From positions 1,376,001-1,440,000 of the forward strand of contig OY829846.1 of assembly GCA_963691875.1 (NCBI GenBank): a stretch of DNA of 64,000 nucleotides. Reading direction: 5' to 3'. Both the position numbers and the translations under genes were made by a program. The first letter of the stretch is position 1. Each line of letters begins with the position of its first letter. This document shows positions 1 to 9,768 of this stretch, in pieces. The notes under the pieces were generated by a model. It was not told the origin of the DNA. It did not search any database and saw only the letters and a program-made list of their open reading frames with translations. The DNA is from Aureliella sp. (lineage in GTDB: Bacteria; Planctomycetota; Planctomycetia; Pirellulales; Pirellulaceae).

Positions 1-1
1 T

Positions 2-238
2 GTTCGCGAACCTGTCGGTTTCGCCATTGCAGGTGAGGACAAGAAGTTTGTCTGGGCAAAAGCCAAGATTGTGAACAACCAAACAATCGAAGTTTGGAGT
101 GACGAAGTCGCAGAGCCTGTGGCAGTTCGATATGGCTGGGCCAACAACCCAGTCTGCAACATGTTCGACACAATGGGCCTGCCGCTCACTCCGTTTCGAA
201 CGGACGACTGGCCTGGAGTCACTGTCGACAGGTTCTAA
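2..238 (+). CDS. C-terminal end of a sialate O-acetylesterase-family protein (partial, runs off the left edge)
   Basis: Manual translation from base 2 gives [23 protein letters not shown]...[12 protein letters not shown]...[12 protein letters not shown], the typical C-terminus of this family; TAA at 236-238. Confidence 0.8.
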   Translation, partial: VREPVGFAIAGEDKKFVWAKAKIVNNQTIEVWSDEVAEPVAVRYGWANNPVCNMFDTMGLPLTPFRTDDWPGVTVDRF

Positions 239-318
239 CGACGATTGGTTCTTCAAGACCGTAGTGGGATTCGCCAGAATTCCTGCGAGCCCCAATACAT
301 GCCCGCCAGATCTTTCGT

Positions 319-358
319 TAAAAGCCCCGCGACTTTTGGCTCCATGCAAAGTCCGGGG
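319..358 (-). terminator. Probable intrinsic terminator of the tadG-tadE-tadE unit
   Basis: Stem CCCCG(C)GACTTT / AAAGTCCGGGG, followed on the minus strand by CTTTTAA; lies between convergent genes. Confidence 0.55.
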
Positions 359-419
359 ACATTGCTAATGCTGCATGAGTATTCTGGCGAGTCTCACTAC
401 GGAAGAGTTTTCGAATGAG

Positions 420-917
420 CTACTCGACAAGTCTTACTTTGCCCATTCGGAACACAAACGATGACGACAGGTTTTGGCCAGCGAGGTAATGCACCGGATA
501 CTGGCTGATCGCGCTGTAGGGAACAACCGCCTCGATCTTGCAGTATTTGAGGTAGTTGGCGGGATCCGCAAGATCGAAGTCAGCACCAGCCTTTTGCCCA
601 TCGGCGTGCAGGATGTTCACGGTGACGGATTCTGCCGGAAATGCCGACGCACGGAGAAAGTTCTTGATGTCGTCTTTCACTTTGCCGTTGATGTCATTGT
701 CCTCCACGGAGATTTCTGCAAAATCCATAGAAGCCAGGCGCCCCCCCTCGCGGAGCGCCGTAGAAAGCACGTCTGTAGCGTTAATGGCTTCCGACATTTC
801 TACTACGCCAAGAAACAGCAGTAGGAAAACTGGGGCAATGATTGCCATCTCCGTTGCCGCAATCCCTCTGCGGGTTTCGCAAGATCGTTTAGGTGCTCGA
901 AATCTTGGGACGGACAT
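420..917 (-). CDS. tadE: TadE/TadG-family pseudopilin
   Basis: RRGIAATEMAIIAPVFLLLFLGVVE prepilin-like motif (G-x4-E plus hydrophobic helix), then ALREGGR. Confidence 0.9.
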   Translation of the reverse strand: MSVPRFRAPKRSCETRRGIAATEMAIIAPVFLLLFLGVVEMSEAINATDVLSTALREGGRLASMDFAEISVEDNDINGKVKDDIKNFLRASAFPAESVTVNILHADGQKAGADFDLADPANYLKYCKIEAVVPYSAISQYPVHYLAGQNLSSSFVFRMGKVRLVE

Positions 918-972
918 TTCGGTTCACTTGATGTTCTAGGTGTGTTTCGATTGCCTGGAAACCGTCAGCGCA

Positions 973-1470
973 CTACTCGTGACGCATCACGGAGACTCCG
1001 GAGAGCGTTGCGTTCTTGATCCAGAATGCTGGGAACAATGCGACGTTTTCATAGGGCACTTCCAACCGGATGACAAATAGGTCCCTCGTCCCTAAGTCTT
1101 CAAGCTTGGGGACTTCTAAGAGGTTGTCGTGGTCGAAGTTTTGATGATTGAAGTCTGAGTCATCGAAGACCGCAGCGTCGTAGATTTTGATATCGACTGC
1201 TTGCGCATAGACAGCTGCATTCAGGATGTCCTTGATTCTTTGATTCACCTGCGCATTGGTGATGCCTTCGATTGCTCCGAATCGTGCAGCTTGTTTCGAA
1301 GCGGACGTAAGAATGCTTCGAACCATGTATGCGTGGCCGAACTCGACCATACCGACGGTGAAGGCGGTGAAGACTGGCAAGATGAATGCCGTCTCAACCA
1401 GCGTAGCGCCCCAGAAACGATTTCGTTCTCGGGAGGGACGTTTACGTTGAAACCTGGGGCGAGGTCTCAT
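973..1470 (-). CDS. tadE: TadE-family pseudopilin
   Basis: GATLVETAFILPVF...GMVEFG...ASKQAARFG; start set at ATG 1470, which has a GGAG RBS. Confidence 0.9.
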   Translation of the reverse strand: MRPRPRFQRKRPSRERNRFWGATLVETAFILPVFTAFTVGMVEFGHAYMVRSILTSASKQAARFGAIEGITNAQVNQRIKDILNAAVYAQAVDIKIYDAAVFDDSDFNHQNFDHDNLLEVPKLEDLGTRDLFVIRLEVPYENVALFPAFWIKNATLSGVSVMRHE

Positions 1471-1573
1471 TGTTTTCTCCTCTGTCTTCAGGGACGGGCG
1501 ATTGCAGATGTGCAACCGTGAAACCGATTTTTCAGCTTCACTGTCGCACCTGCGTTTGCAGCAACTGTTCTTT

Positions 1574-2119
1574 CTATTGTTCGGTCGAACTTAGCAGCCG
1601 GGCAGGAGGAACGTGAGCAGCGATTCTTGCGAAGGCTTCTTGGATACCTTCTCGGAAGTCGGCTAGCGTGCTACCCGCTGGGACGTCGTAGTAGACGCCT
1701 CCGCTCAAGTTTGCAATAGCTTTCATCAAGTCCTCGTCGGCATAAGAACCAACGGTCATGGTATGGATGACATAACCAGCATCGACAGCCAGTTTCGCTT
1801 GGTAGAACGCGTACTGCTTCGAGCGGCTGCTGGTCGAGAAGTCGGCTTGTCCATCACCGTCGAAGTCGGCGACGTCACTCCAATTCCAACCAGATGGCAG
1901 GCTGAAATTGTATGGGCTTACGTTTGCATTTCCGTCGGTCATCAGAAGGATTGCAGGACGTGAGCCATCACGCATGTGGTCATCGAGCATGTCACGGGAG
2001 GCCAGAATCCCAGCCCCAATTCCGGTCGACCCAGTGTAGTGACCAGCCTGTTTGTGACTCTGAATGGAGTTGATAGCGTCATAGTCATTGGTGATCCAAT
2101 TCGATCCTAAGTCGATCAC
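1574..2119 (-). CDS. C-terminal half of a vWA domain (TadG-like adhesin, second fragment)
   Basis: TGIGAG, ILLMTDGNAN, IHTMTVG and IANLSGGVYY are C-terminal vWA motifs; no DxSxS motif; GTG start overlaps the upstream TGA. Confidence 0.75.
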   Translation of the reverse strand: MIDLGSNWITNDYDAINSIQSHKQAGHYTGSTGIGAGILASRDMLDDHMRDGSRPAILLMTDGNANVSPYNFSLPSGWNWSDVADFDGDGQADFSTSSRSKQYAFYQAKLAVDAGYVIHTMTVGSYADEDLMKAIANLSGGVYYDVPAGSTLADFREGIQEAFARIAAHVPPARLLSSTEQ

Positions 2120-3306
2120 AGAATGTCTGGCTCTGGCTCGTAGAGATCATGCTCCTTTACGGCAGTGGTCGCATAACTGACTAGCCCGATGTGGTCGTCA
2201 AAGTTGAGATCCTTCAAGAAGTGGCAGAACTCGGTCACGCCTTGCTTCATGCCTTCAAACTGATAGTAGGGCGCACGCCAGAGGTCTTCGGAGTAGCTGT
2301 TGTAAGGTCGCTGATTGCCCATGTATGCCATCAGTGTTCGGAAGCCATATCGTTTCCTGTATCCGTACGAACGCGTGTAGCCGTAACCGCAGCGGACCCA
2401 GTTGATGTAATTCAACCATCGGTATTCGCTAGTGTAGGCACTTGGCTGACCGCGCAGTGAGCCATAGCTGTCCTTCCCTTCCTGTGGCCATGGGACTCCG
2501 TAGAGATCTAGGTGCAGGTAGGTGTACCAGTCACTATAAGAGTTATAGTAAGTTCCGCGATAGCTATCGATTTTCCCATAGCCTTCGGACGGGAACTTGA
2601 TTCCGTTGGTGTTGGAGTACTTTACACCGCTGGCGACGAGAGAATCCCAGATGTCATCCAAGTTGTCTTCCACCGCAGCCTTTCCCCGTCGGCTATTGCT
2701 CATCGCGACAAAATCGCTATCGTCGTTCATGGAAGCGGAGTAATCGAGGCACAAGACGATATCACGTGTCTCGACGTAGGCAGTTGCTTTCGCAAGCAAG
2801 TCTGAGGTGGTATCCGCTCCGGCGGCTTTCGCGAACACGAGGTTCATCCGAGCGTCAGGAGCAGTTGGATCTTCGTTGTCTCGGCGAGCTTGTACTCGGC
2901 AAACATTTGCTGGACTTGCTCCCCATGTAATGCTGTACGTGCCGTCCTCAGCGACAATGCGTTTCCCAAAGAAAACATCTGTTTCGGGATTTACGTAGAC
3001 CCCATTTTTCGCGGCAACTTCAGATGCAACTAAGCGAGCATTCGATTCTGCCGTTGCGAGTGCTGACGCAACATCCAGATTTTCAGTGCCTGCAAGGTAG
3101 ACGGCGTTGGTGATCTCCTGGGCAGCTGCCAGTGCCGCGGCATCTACCGAGATCTGCATTTTGTTCTTCTCGCGTCCGACACGGCTGAGATCAATGCTCA
3201 GTGCAGCAAAGCCAAGGATGAGGGCCAGAACAATTGCCGAACTAATCATGATTACGCCGCTACGGCGTTGACCATTTTTGAGTCTGGGGCACAACTCTTT
3301 TCTCAT
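2116..3306 (-). CDS. tadG: TadG-like pilus-tip protein: Tad N-terminal domain plus first half of a vWA domain
   Basis: RRSGVIMI...GFAALSIDL...DAAALAAA Tad domain; DIVLCLDYSASM MIDAS motif; ends soon after HIGLVSYA; ATG 3306 has an AGAGGA RBS. Confidence 0.8.
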   Translation of the reverse strand: MRKELCPRLKNGQRRSGVIMISSAIVLALILGFAALSIDLSRVGREKNKMQISVDAAALAAAQEITNAVYLAGTENLDVASALATAESNARLVASEVAAKNGVYVNPETDVFFGKRIVAEDGTYSITWGASPANVCRVQARRDNEDPTAPDARMNLVFAKAAGADTTSDLLAKATAYVETRDIVLCLDYSASMNDDSDFVAMSNSRRGKAAVEDNLDDIWDSLVASGVKYSNTNGIKFPSEGYGKIDSYRGTYYNSYSDWYTYLHLDLYGVPWPQEGKDSYGSLRGQPSAYTSEYRWLNYINWVRCGYGYTRSYGYRKRYGFRTLMAYMGNQRPYNSYSEDLWRAPYYQFEGMKQGVTEFCHFLKDLNFDDHIGLVSYATTAVKEHDLYEPEPDIL

Positions 3307-3667
3307 GGTGCGAATCCTCTCGGTACATATCGGGGCGTGCGACACAATCTTACCTCTAGAATCCTCCCAAGGCAGCGTAGAAAAAGGGTTTTTCCTCGCC
3401 TTCGCGAGACGGATGTTTACCGGATGCAGCGTCTCTGAGTGACTTGTTGCACAGGAAATTCAGCCCCAAGGAATCTGTTGCCCGGAAACCTCCTTCAACG
3501 TGAATGGCAACGTAATAAGGAAAGCTTGACGCAGGTCTTACCGCAGTCGGCAGAGAGAGATTTTTCGTTACAATCTGTGCGTGGCGAGCAATTTTGAATC
3601 ATGCAGCAGTAGTTTTTGCTGCGAGGAGTACGGTTCGCCAAAGTTTTGACTTGCACCTACTCAGGCA

Positions 3668-5275
3668 GTGACGCTGCCAACTGGAAATATGACGATGACT
3701 GAAAACGCAGCTGCAAAAATCCTGATCGACGGACAATGGATCGCATCAGAGGCGGAGAGCACCTTCCAGGCCTACGATCCATCCCAATGCAAGACGCTTG
3801 AAGCAACTTTCCCCGTGAGTAGTTGGGCTGATTGCGAAAAAGCGTTGGATGCTGCTAGCAGAGCGGCGGTGGAACTGCGCGAGCTCGGTCCGGAAAGGGT
3901 GGCAGAGTTCTTAGAGGCATTCGCCGATGCAATGGACGAAAACATCGATACGCTAGCTGCTGTTGCTCATCAGGAAACTGGTCTGCCTGTAGAACCTCGA
4001 TTGGCAAAAGTCGAAGGTCCAAGAACCTCAGGCCAGCTTCGCCAAGCAGCTGCAGCGGCTCGCGAAGGAACGTGGACGCAGCCTGTTATCGATACCGCGG
4101 CCAACATCCGCTCGTGCTACGAAGCCATTGGACCTGTATGCGTATTCGGGCCGAATAATTTCCCCTTTGCCTTCGGCAGCCTCTCCGGAGGCGATTTTGC
4201 TGCTGCGATCGCAGCAGGTAATCCGGTAATTGGCAAGGCGAATACCTCTCACCCTGCCACGACGAAGATGCTTGGCGAATTGGCGCAGGCAGCTGCCGAG
4301 AAAACTGGAATGCCATCTGGCATGATTCAGTTGATCTACCGAACCTCGCACGAGAACGGCACAAAACTTGTCAGCGACCCAAGACTTGCGGCAGTCGGTT
4401 ACACCGGCAGCCGTCGTGCTGGTTTGGTGCTGAAGTCGGTCGCGGATCAAGTTGGAACGCCAATCTATTTGGAGCTTTCCAGCGTGAATCCCGTTCTGCT
4501 GTTGCCGGGGGCTTTGAAAGAACGCGGTGAAGAGATTTTGGGAGAGTTCATCACGAGTGTCTTGATGGGAACGGGCCAATTCTGCACAAACCCAGGAATG
4601 GTTCTGCTACTTGAGAGCGACGAGTCGGAGCAGTTCATCTCTGGCGTTGTCGAGAAGTTCGCGGGACCATCTGGAACGCTTCTCTCACCCTCTGTACAGA
4701 ACTCTCTGACTGCGGCAATAGAGACGTTGAAAGGCGGCGGAGCAGAGTTGCTTTGTGGTGGTGATGCCCAAGAGGGTCGCTGTAGCATCGCGAATACTTT
4801 GCTGCGAGTCAGCGGTTCACAGTTCTTGAGCGCTCCGGAATTGTTTCAAACCGAGGCTTTTGGGAATGCATCACTCATTGTGGTCAGCAAGGGCATCGAG
4901 GAAGTTGGACAAATCTTTGCCGCCCTCGAAGGCAATTTGACGGGCTGCATCTATTCTGCCAAAGACGGTGGCGATGACGCCGATTACGACCAAGTCAGCA
5001 AAATTCTGGCTGGTCGAGTCGGTCGGATGCTGAACGACAAAATGCCGACTGGTGTAGCGGTCAGTCCAGCAATGAATCACGGTGGTCCGTTTCCTGCCAC
5101 CGGTCATCCCGGCACGACAGCGGTTGGGATTCCAGCGAGTATTTCGCGTTTTGCGAAGCTGACTTGCTACGACGGCATTCGCCCCGATCGGCTTCCCTTG
5201 ATTTTGCAAGACAAGAATCCGAACGGTGCATACCGCTTTATCGATCTAAAATGGACTACCGAGGACGTCGGCTAG
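3668..5275 (+). CDS. Aldehyde dehydrogenase (NADP+), alpha-ketoglutarate semialdehyde dehydrogenase-like
   Basis: GPVCVFGPNNFPFAF, YTGS, ELSSVNP, GQFCTNPG and HGGPFPAT match the KGSADH-like ALDH subfamily; true start is probably a few codons downstream. Confidence 0.88.
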   Translation: MTLPTGNMTMTENAAAKILIDGQWIASEAESTFQAYDPSQCKTLEATFPVSSWADCEKALDAASRAAVELRELGPERVAEFLEAFADAMDENIDTLAAVAHQETGLPVEPRLAKVEGPRTSGQLRQAAAAAREGTWTQPVIDTAANIRSCYEAIGPVCVFGPNNFPFAFGSLSGGDFAAAIAAGNPVIGKANTSHPATTKMLGELAQAAAEKTGMPSGMIQLIYRTSHENGTKLVSDPRLAAVGYTGSRRAGLVLKSVADQVGTPIYLELSSVNPVLLLPGALKERGEEILGEFITSVLMGTGQFCTNPGMVLLLESDESEQFISGVVEKFAGPSGTLLSPSVQNSLTAAIETLKGGGAELLCGGDAQEGRCSIANTLLRVSGSQFLSAPELFQTEAFGNASLIVVSKGIEEVGQIFAALEGNLTGCIYSAKDGGDDADYDQVSKILAGRVGRMLNDKMPTGVAVSPAMNHGGPFPATGHPGTTAVGIPASISRFAKLTCYDGIRPDRLPLILQDKNPNGAYRFIDLKWTTEDVG

Positions 5276-5534
5276 GGTCGCACAGTACTTTTCGCTCTGA
5301 GACTCGCCAAGAGTCCCTCGAATTCCCGCGAGCCTGACTTCCAATCATCTTTCGACTTCGCTTTGCAGCAAGCCCCTGCCTTCGTGCGAATGCATACGTC
5401 CAGAGTTGGAATTCTGGCGAATTCCCCCCGCCGTATCCGCGCGCGAAGTGAGGTTGAAGCAGCCATCTAGTCTGGTTTGTGTGAAAATGACCTCCAAACC
5501 TTGTGAACACGGCGATTTGCCCCGCGCAGCCCCG

Positions 5535-5562
5535 TTGACACTGGAATTAGGTCCAGTACTTT
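5535..5562 (+). promoter_or_regulatory. Putative sigma70 promoter with a palindromic operator in the spacer
   Basis: TTGACA-N16-TACTTT, with ACTGGA-N6-TCCAGT at 5540-5557. Confidence 0.45.
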
Positions 5563-5775
5563 ATTGGCCAGTCTTTGTATTTTGCCTATAGCACTCAACC
5601 GGATTGTTTCGCCCAACCCCTAGATTTCCCACATGTGTCTGCGGTGATTCACCGCTGTTCCGGAAGTTGTTTGTTGGACTATCGGCGATTTGAAAGGCAC
5701 CGAGTAGGCGGATGTCCCGCCATGCTGCTCAGCATTTTGAGCGAGTTTGTATGTTGGACCTATTGGAGGTTTCCG

Positions 5776-6261
5776 ATGAATCGACTTTTGGTTGCGGGCA
5801 TCGCTGGCTTGGCGATGCTTATGACTGCGGGCTTTGATGCCCAAGAAGCACAAGCTTTCGGCCGCAAGTGCGGTGGCGCAAAGTCTTGTGGTGGTGGACT
5901 ATTTGCAGCGCGTAAGGCTGCGAAGGATTGCTGTGGCGTCGTTGAGACTTGCCCAGTTGTTGAGGAGTGCTGCGAAGTTGAAGAGCCAACTTGCTGCAAG
6001 CCGAAGCGTACTCGTCGCTGTGGTGGCGGTCTGCTTGCTAAGCTGAAGGCACGTATGGCTAGCTGCGGTTGCCCTCAACCTGAGCCATGCTGCGAACCAG
6101 CTCCATGCAGCACGCCATGTGGCGGATGCGGAACTGTCAGCAGCGGTTGCCCAAACTGCAGCCAAACGGAGGACGCTGGCGAAATGGAAGAAACACCTAG
6201 CGAAGCTCCACCAGCTCCAGCGGCCGAAGCTGCTTCCAGCAGCGACGCTCCTGCTGCCTAG
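5776..6261 (+). CDS. Secreted Cys-rich low-complexity protein
   Basis: GGAGG RBS before ATG 5776; signal peptide ending AQA; 19 Cys; Pro/Ala/Glu-rich tail; own terminator. Confidence 0.8.
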   Translation: MNRLLVAGIAGLAMLMTAGFDAQEAQAFGRKCGGAKSCGGGLFAARKAAKDCCGVVETCPVVEECCEVEEPTCCKPKRTRRCGGGLLAKLKARMASCGCPQPEPCCEPAPCSTPCGGCGTVSSGCPNCSQTEDAGEMEETPSEAPPAPAAEAASSSDAPAA

Positions 6262-6289
6262 TTTTCAACTAACAGATAGAACAGATAAT

Positions 6290-6329
6290 AAAGCCGAGAC
6301 GTCCCGAGCGTCTCGGCTTTTTCTGTTTT
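6290..6329 (+). terminator. Intrinsic terminator
   Basis: Perfect 12-bp stem AAAGCCGAGACG / CGTCTCGGCTTT followed by a T-rich tract. Confidence 0.85.
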
Positions 6330-6460
6330 AGCTCACTACTGATTTTCGATGCTGACACAGCCCGCGAGTGAGCCAGCAAGCAAAAAGACGGAAGAGTTCT
6401 CTAAACTAAGCTCACCTTCATCGCCGCCCTGCGAAAACCCCATCGAAATGGATTCGATCT

Positions 6461-7558
6461 ATGTCCCAGGTGAAACGTCGTCGCAAGCTACGGAAGTTGC
6501 TCCGTGGTGCTGATGCCATTCTTGTAACGAACGAGTCTAATGTCCGCTACTTGACTGGTTTCACGGGTGACAGCTCGTACTTAATAGTGACCAGCGGCGG
6601 TGATGAAGCTGCCGTTCTGATTAGCGATCCCCGCTACGAAGAGCAGATTGAAGAGCAATGCCCTGGCTTGGCGACTCATATTCGCAAGCCTAGTGAGCTG
6701 CTGCTGCCAGTCACCTGCAAGCTGCTGAAGAGAATGGATGTAAGTAAGCTGGTCGTCGAAGCGAACTCAATGACTCTCTCGATGTTTGACCAACTTCAGG
6801 AAGCCAAGTTTGGCGAGCTCATCCGCGGTAAAGCAGAAGTCGAGTCACTGCGAGCGATAAAAGATGCAGGCGAAGTCAAGCTGATTCGTAGAGCGGTTGA
6901 TATTGCTGAGCGGGCGTTCATAAGCATGCGAGCTCAAATGCGACCCAACATGACGGAATTGGAATTCGCGCATGAGCTCGAGCACTCGATGCGGAAACTT
7001 GGAGCCGAAGGCTGTGCCTTTGATCCGATTGTCGCAGTCGGCCCCCGCGCGGCTTTGCCTCACGCGGAGCCAGGAACCAATCAACTGTCGGAAAATCCGT
7101 TTGTCCTGATTGACTGGGGAGCCACCGTTGACGGCTACCGCAGCGACTTGACTCGTGTATTGACGACCGGCAGAATCCCCGCCAAAATCTTCAAGGCGTA
7201 TGAGGCTGTATTGACTGCCCAACTTGCCGCAATTGACGCCCTGCGTCCTGGGGTTACTGGTTGCGAGGTCGATGCAATTGTCCGAGAAACGCTTGCCGGC
7301 TATAGCATGGAGAAACGTTTCAATCACGGACTCGGCCACGGAATCGGTTTGGATATTCACGAAGCTCCTCGAATGGGGAAGAATTTCCCAACTCCCGTTG
7401 AAGCAGGAATGGTGGTTACGGTCGAACCAGGAGTTTACTATCCTGGGCTCGGCGGGATACGCATTGAGGATGATGTCCTAATCACCGAGTCTGGCGCCGA
7501 AGTACTGAGCAGTTTGCCGAAAGATTTCGACGCGAACATTCAACCTCTACTTAGCTGA
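6461..7558 (+). CDS. Xaa-Pro aminopeptidase (M24B family)
   Basis: NVRYLTGFTG, IDWGA, SDLTR, HGLGHGIGLDIHE, EPGVY, GIRIEDD. Confidence 0.93.
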   Translation: MSQVKRRRKLRKLLRGADAILVTNESNVRYLTGFTGDSSYLIVTSGGDEAAVLISDPRYEEQIEEQCPGLATHIRKPSELLLPVTCKLLKRMDVSKLVVEANSMTLSMFDQLQEAKFGELIRGKAEVESLRAIKDAGEVKLIRRAVDIAERAFISMRAQMRPNMTELEFAHELEHSMRKLGAEGCAFDPIVAVGPRAALPHAEPGTNQLSENPFVLIDWGATVDGYRSDLTRVLTTGRIPAKIFKAYEAVLTAQLAAIDALRPGVTGCEVDAIVRETLAGYSMEKRFNHGLGHGIGLDIHEAPRMGKNFPTPVEAGMVVTVEPGVYYPGLGGIRIEDDVLITESGAEVLSSLPKDFDANIQPLLS

Positions 7559-7618
7559 ACGCCTGACGCTAGCGAAGTCGATTCATACCCAAACATCGGA
7601 AACTAGATAGGAATACTC

Positions 7619-8083
7619 ATGGCCCAAGGTGAAGATGTCTTCAACGTCGATCGCATCAGTGCGTTAATCGACCTAATGGAAGAACGCGGCCTGAACGAAC
7701 TCGATCTTCAGCAGAGTGACCAGAAGGTCCGTTTGGTTCGAGGAACAGTGGGACCGGCACAAGTTGTAGCAGCCCCAACGGCGGCTCCCGCCCCGTCGTC
7801 TACTCCTGCCGAAGCAGTGCCCGCCGAAGACGGACCGCATATCAAAGTCATCAAGTCTCAAATTGTTGGGACTTTCTACAGCAAGCCGAATCCCAATGCT
7901 GAGGACTTTGTCAAAGTCGGCTCCAAGGTCTCGCCGGACACGGTTGTTTGCACAGTTGAAGCCATGAAGGTCTTCAACGAGATTGAGGCGGAAGTGAGTG
8001 GGACGATCGTAGAAATCTTGGTGCAGAACGAGGACGCAGTCGACTTCGATAAGCCCCTGTTCAAGGTAGATACACGCGGTTAA
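7619..8083 (+). CDS. accB: Acetyl-CoA carboxylase biotin carboxyl carrier protein
   Basis: EAMKVFNEI biotinylation motif, Ala/Pro linker, located upstream of accC. Confidence 0.96.
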   Translation: MAQGEDVFNVDRISALIDLMEERGLNELDLQQSDQKVRLVRGTVGPAQVVAAPTAAPAPSSTPAEAVPAEDGPHIKVIKSQIVGTFYSKPNPNAEDFVKVGSKVSPDTVVCTVEAMKVFNEIEAEVSGTIVEILVQNEDAVDFDKPLFKVDTRG

Positions 8084-8262
8084 GCTTGGCGAATGATTGA
8101 AAAGCTGGACTTTGCTTTGCTCTCTCGGCCACGCTTTGGCGGAGCTACCCTAGTGAACCCAGCATTCTGTTGGAATCAGCGATGCTGCGGCTGCTCGCCC
8201 CTTCATGCCAGCTGATTGCCTTGCTGAGATAATGCTCACCCTGAGTCTAAAGATCGATCGGG

Positions 8263-9612
8263 ATGTATAACCGAATTCTGATTGCCAATCGTGGAGAAAT
8301 TGCTCTACGAATCATCCGAGCTTGCCGCGAAATGGGAATTGAATCCGTCGCGGTATACAGTCAAGCCGACCGAGATTCGGCCCATGTCAGATACGCTGAT
8401 CACGCCTTCTGTATCGGAGCACCGAAGTCTGCGGACAGCTATCTCTACGTAGAACGCTTGATTAGCGTGGCAGAAGTCAGCGGTGCCGAAGCAGTTCACC
8501 CCGGTTATGGCTTCCTGGCAGAGAACGCACGCTTCAATGAGATGTGTCGAGAAAACGACTTTGATTTTATCGGTCCGACTCCGAATGCAATGGAACAGCT
8601 GGGAGACAAAAACACGGCCCGAGCTGTAGCAATCGCGGCGGAAGTACCTGTGGTTCCTGGTTCCGACGGCCTGTTGACCGACGAAGAACACGCGGTCACC
8701 ACGGCGAAAGAGATCGGATTCCCAGTACTCATCAAAGCAACTGCCGGCGGCGGTGGCAAAGGTATGCGAGTTGCCGAAAGCGAAGAGTCGCTGCGAACCG
8801 CGTTGCAGCAGGCGCAGGCGGAAGCTCAAGCAGCATTCGGTAACGCTGGCGTATACCTCGAAAAGTTTGTCCAACAGCCGAGGCACGTCGAGGTCCAAGT
8901 CATCGCGGACAACCACGGCAACGTCTGTCACCTATTTGAACGTGATTGTTCTGTCCAGCGACGTCACCAGAAATTGATCGAAGAGAGCCCTTCACCACTG
9001 CTTTCTGACAAGACGCGGCAAGCAATTTGTGAAGCCGCCGTGCGGATGGTTAAGCAAGCTGATTACCAGAATGCGGGGACGGTTGAATTCATCGTCGACA
9101 AAGATGACAACTTCTATTTCATCGAAGTCAACGCCCGAATCCAAGTCGAGCACCCAGTAACGGAGATGGTTACCGGTATCGACTTGATCCAGTCACAGAT
9201 TCGTGTCGCCTCGGGTGCGAAGCTGCCTTTCAAGCAAGAAGATATCAAGCTGAACGGCGCCGCAATGGAGTGCCGAATCAACGCCGAGAACCCGAATCGC
9301 AACTTCCAACCCTGCCCTGGCAACATCAAAGAATTGTTCATACCTGGTGGATTGGGTGTGCGATTTGATTCACACGTTCAAGCTGGCTACACGGTTCCGC
9401 CGTTTTACGATTCGATGATTGGAAAACTGATTGTCCACAAGCCGACTCGTGAAGAAGCAATCGCTTGCATGATTCGCAGCCTGGAAGAATTGCACGTGAA
9501 AGGCATCGAGACGACCGCCTCGTTCCAAATTCGCGTTCTCAAAGAGCAGAAGTTCATAGACGGCACGGTCGACACGAAATGGGTCGAACGAGAACTGCTA
9601 GCCCAAGGCTAA
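8263..9612 (+). CDS. accC: Acetyl-CoA carboxylase biotin carboxylase
   Basis: [46 protein letters not shown]. Confidence 0.97.
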   Translation: MYNRILIANRGEIALRIIRACREMGIESVAVYSQADRDSAHVRYADHAFCIGAPKSADSYLYVERLISVAEVSGAEAVHPGYGFLAENARFNEMCRENDFDFIGPTPNAMEQLGDKNTARAVAIAAEVPVVPGSDGLLTDEEHAVTTAKEIGFPVLIKATAGGGGKGMRVAESEESLRTALQQAQAEAQAAFGNAGVYLEKFVQQPRHVEVQVIADNHGNVCHLFERDCSVQRRHQKLIEESPSPLLSDKTRQAICEAAVRMVKQADYQNAGTVEFIVDKDDNFYFIEVNARIQVEHPVTEMVTGIDLIQSQIRVASGAKLPFKQEDIKLNGAAMECRINAENPNRNFQPCPGNIKELFIPGGLGVRFDSHVQAGYTVPPFYDSMIGKLIVHKPTREEAIACMIRSLEELHVKGIETTASFQIRVLKEQKFIDGTVDTKWVERELLAQG

Positions 9613-9768
9613 ACGGTTCAACAATGTAACTCTCCCTGCGGGTGAATCGGCCTATCCCGGCCGGAGAGGGCCCATCCGTCTTAGTAGAGGATTTCGCCAG
9701 AAATCCGGTTTGATGGAACTGTGGTCAATCCCACTACGCTTAGCCCCCCTACCAAAGCTAGAAATCTC

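Noticed and set aside
345..356. 12-bp match (TGCAAAGTCCGG) to the reverse complement of the cpaB leader at 32802-32813
   Set aside because: It is one arm of a local terminator hairpin; a single short match in 64 kb is not enough to infer a link.
5575..5775. N-terminal extension of the Cys-rich ORF given in the ORF track (likewise for FKBP, pfp, PPC and LptD)
   Set aside because: Downstream starts with a better RBS and/or an N-terminal signal peptide or domain boundary fit better.
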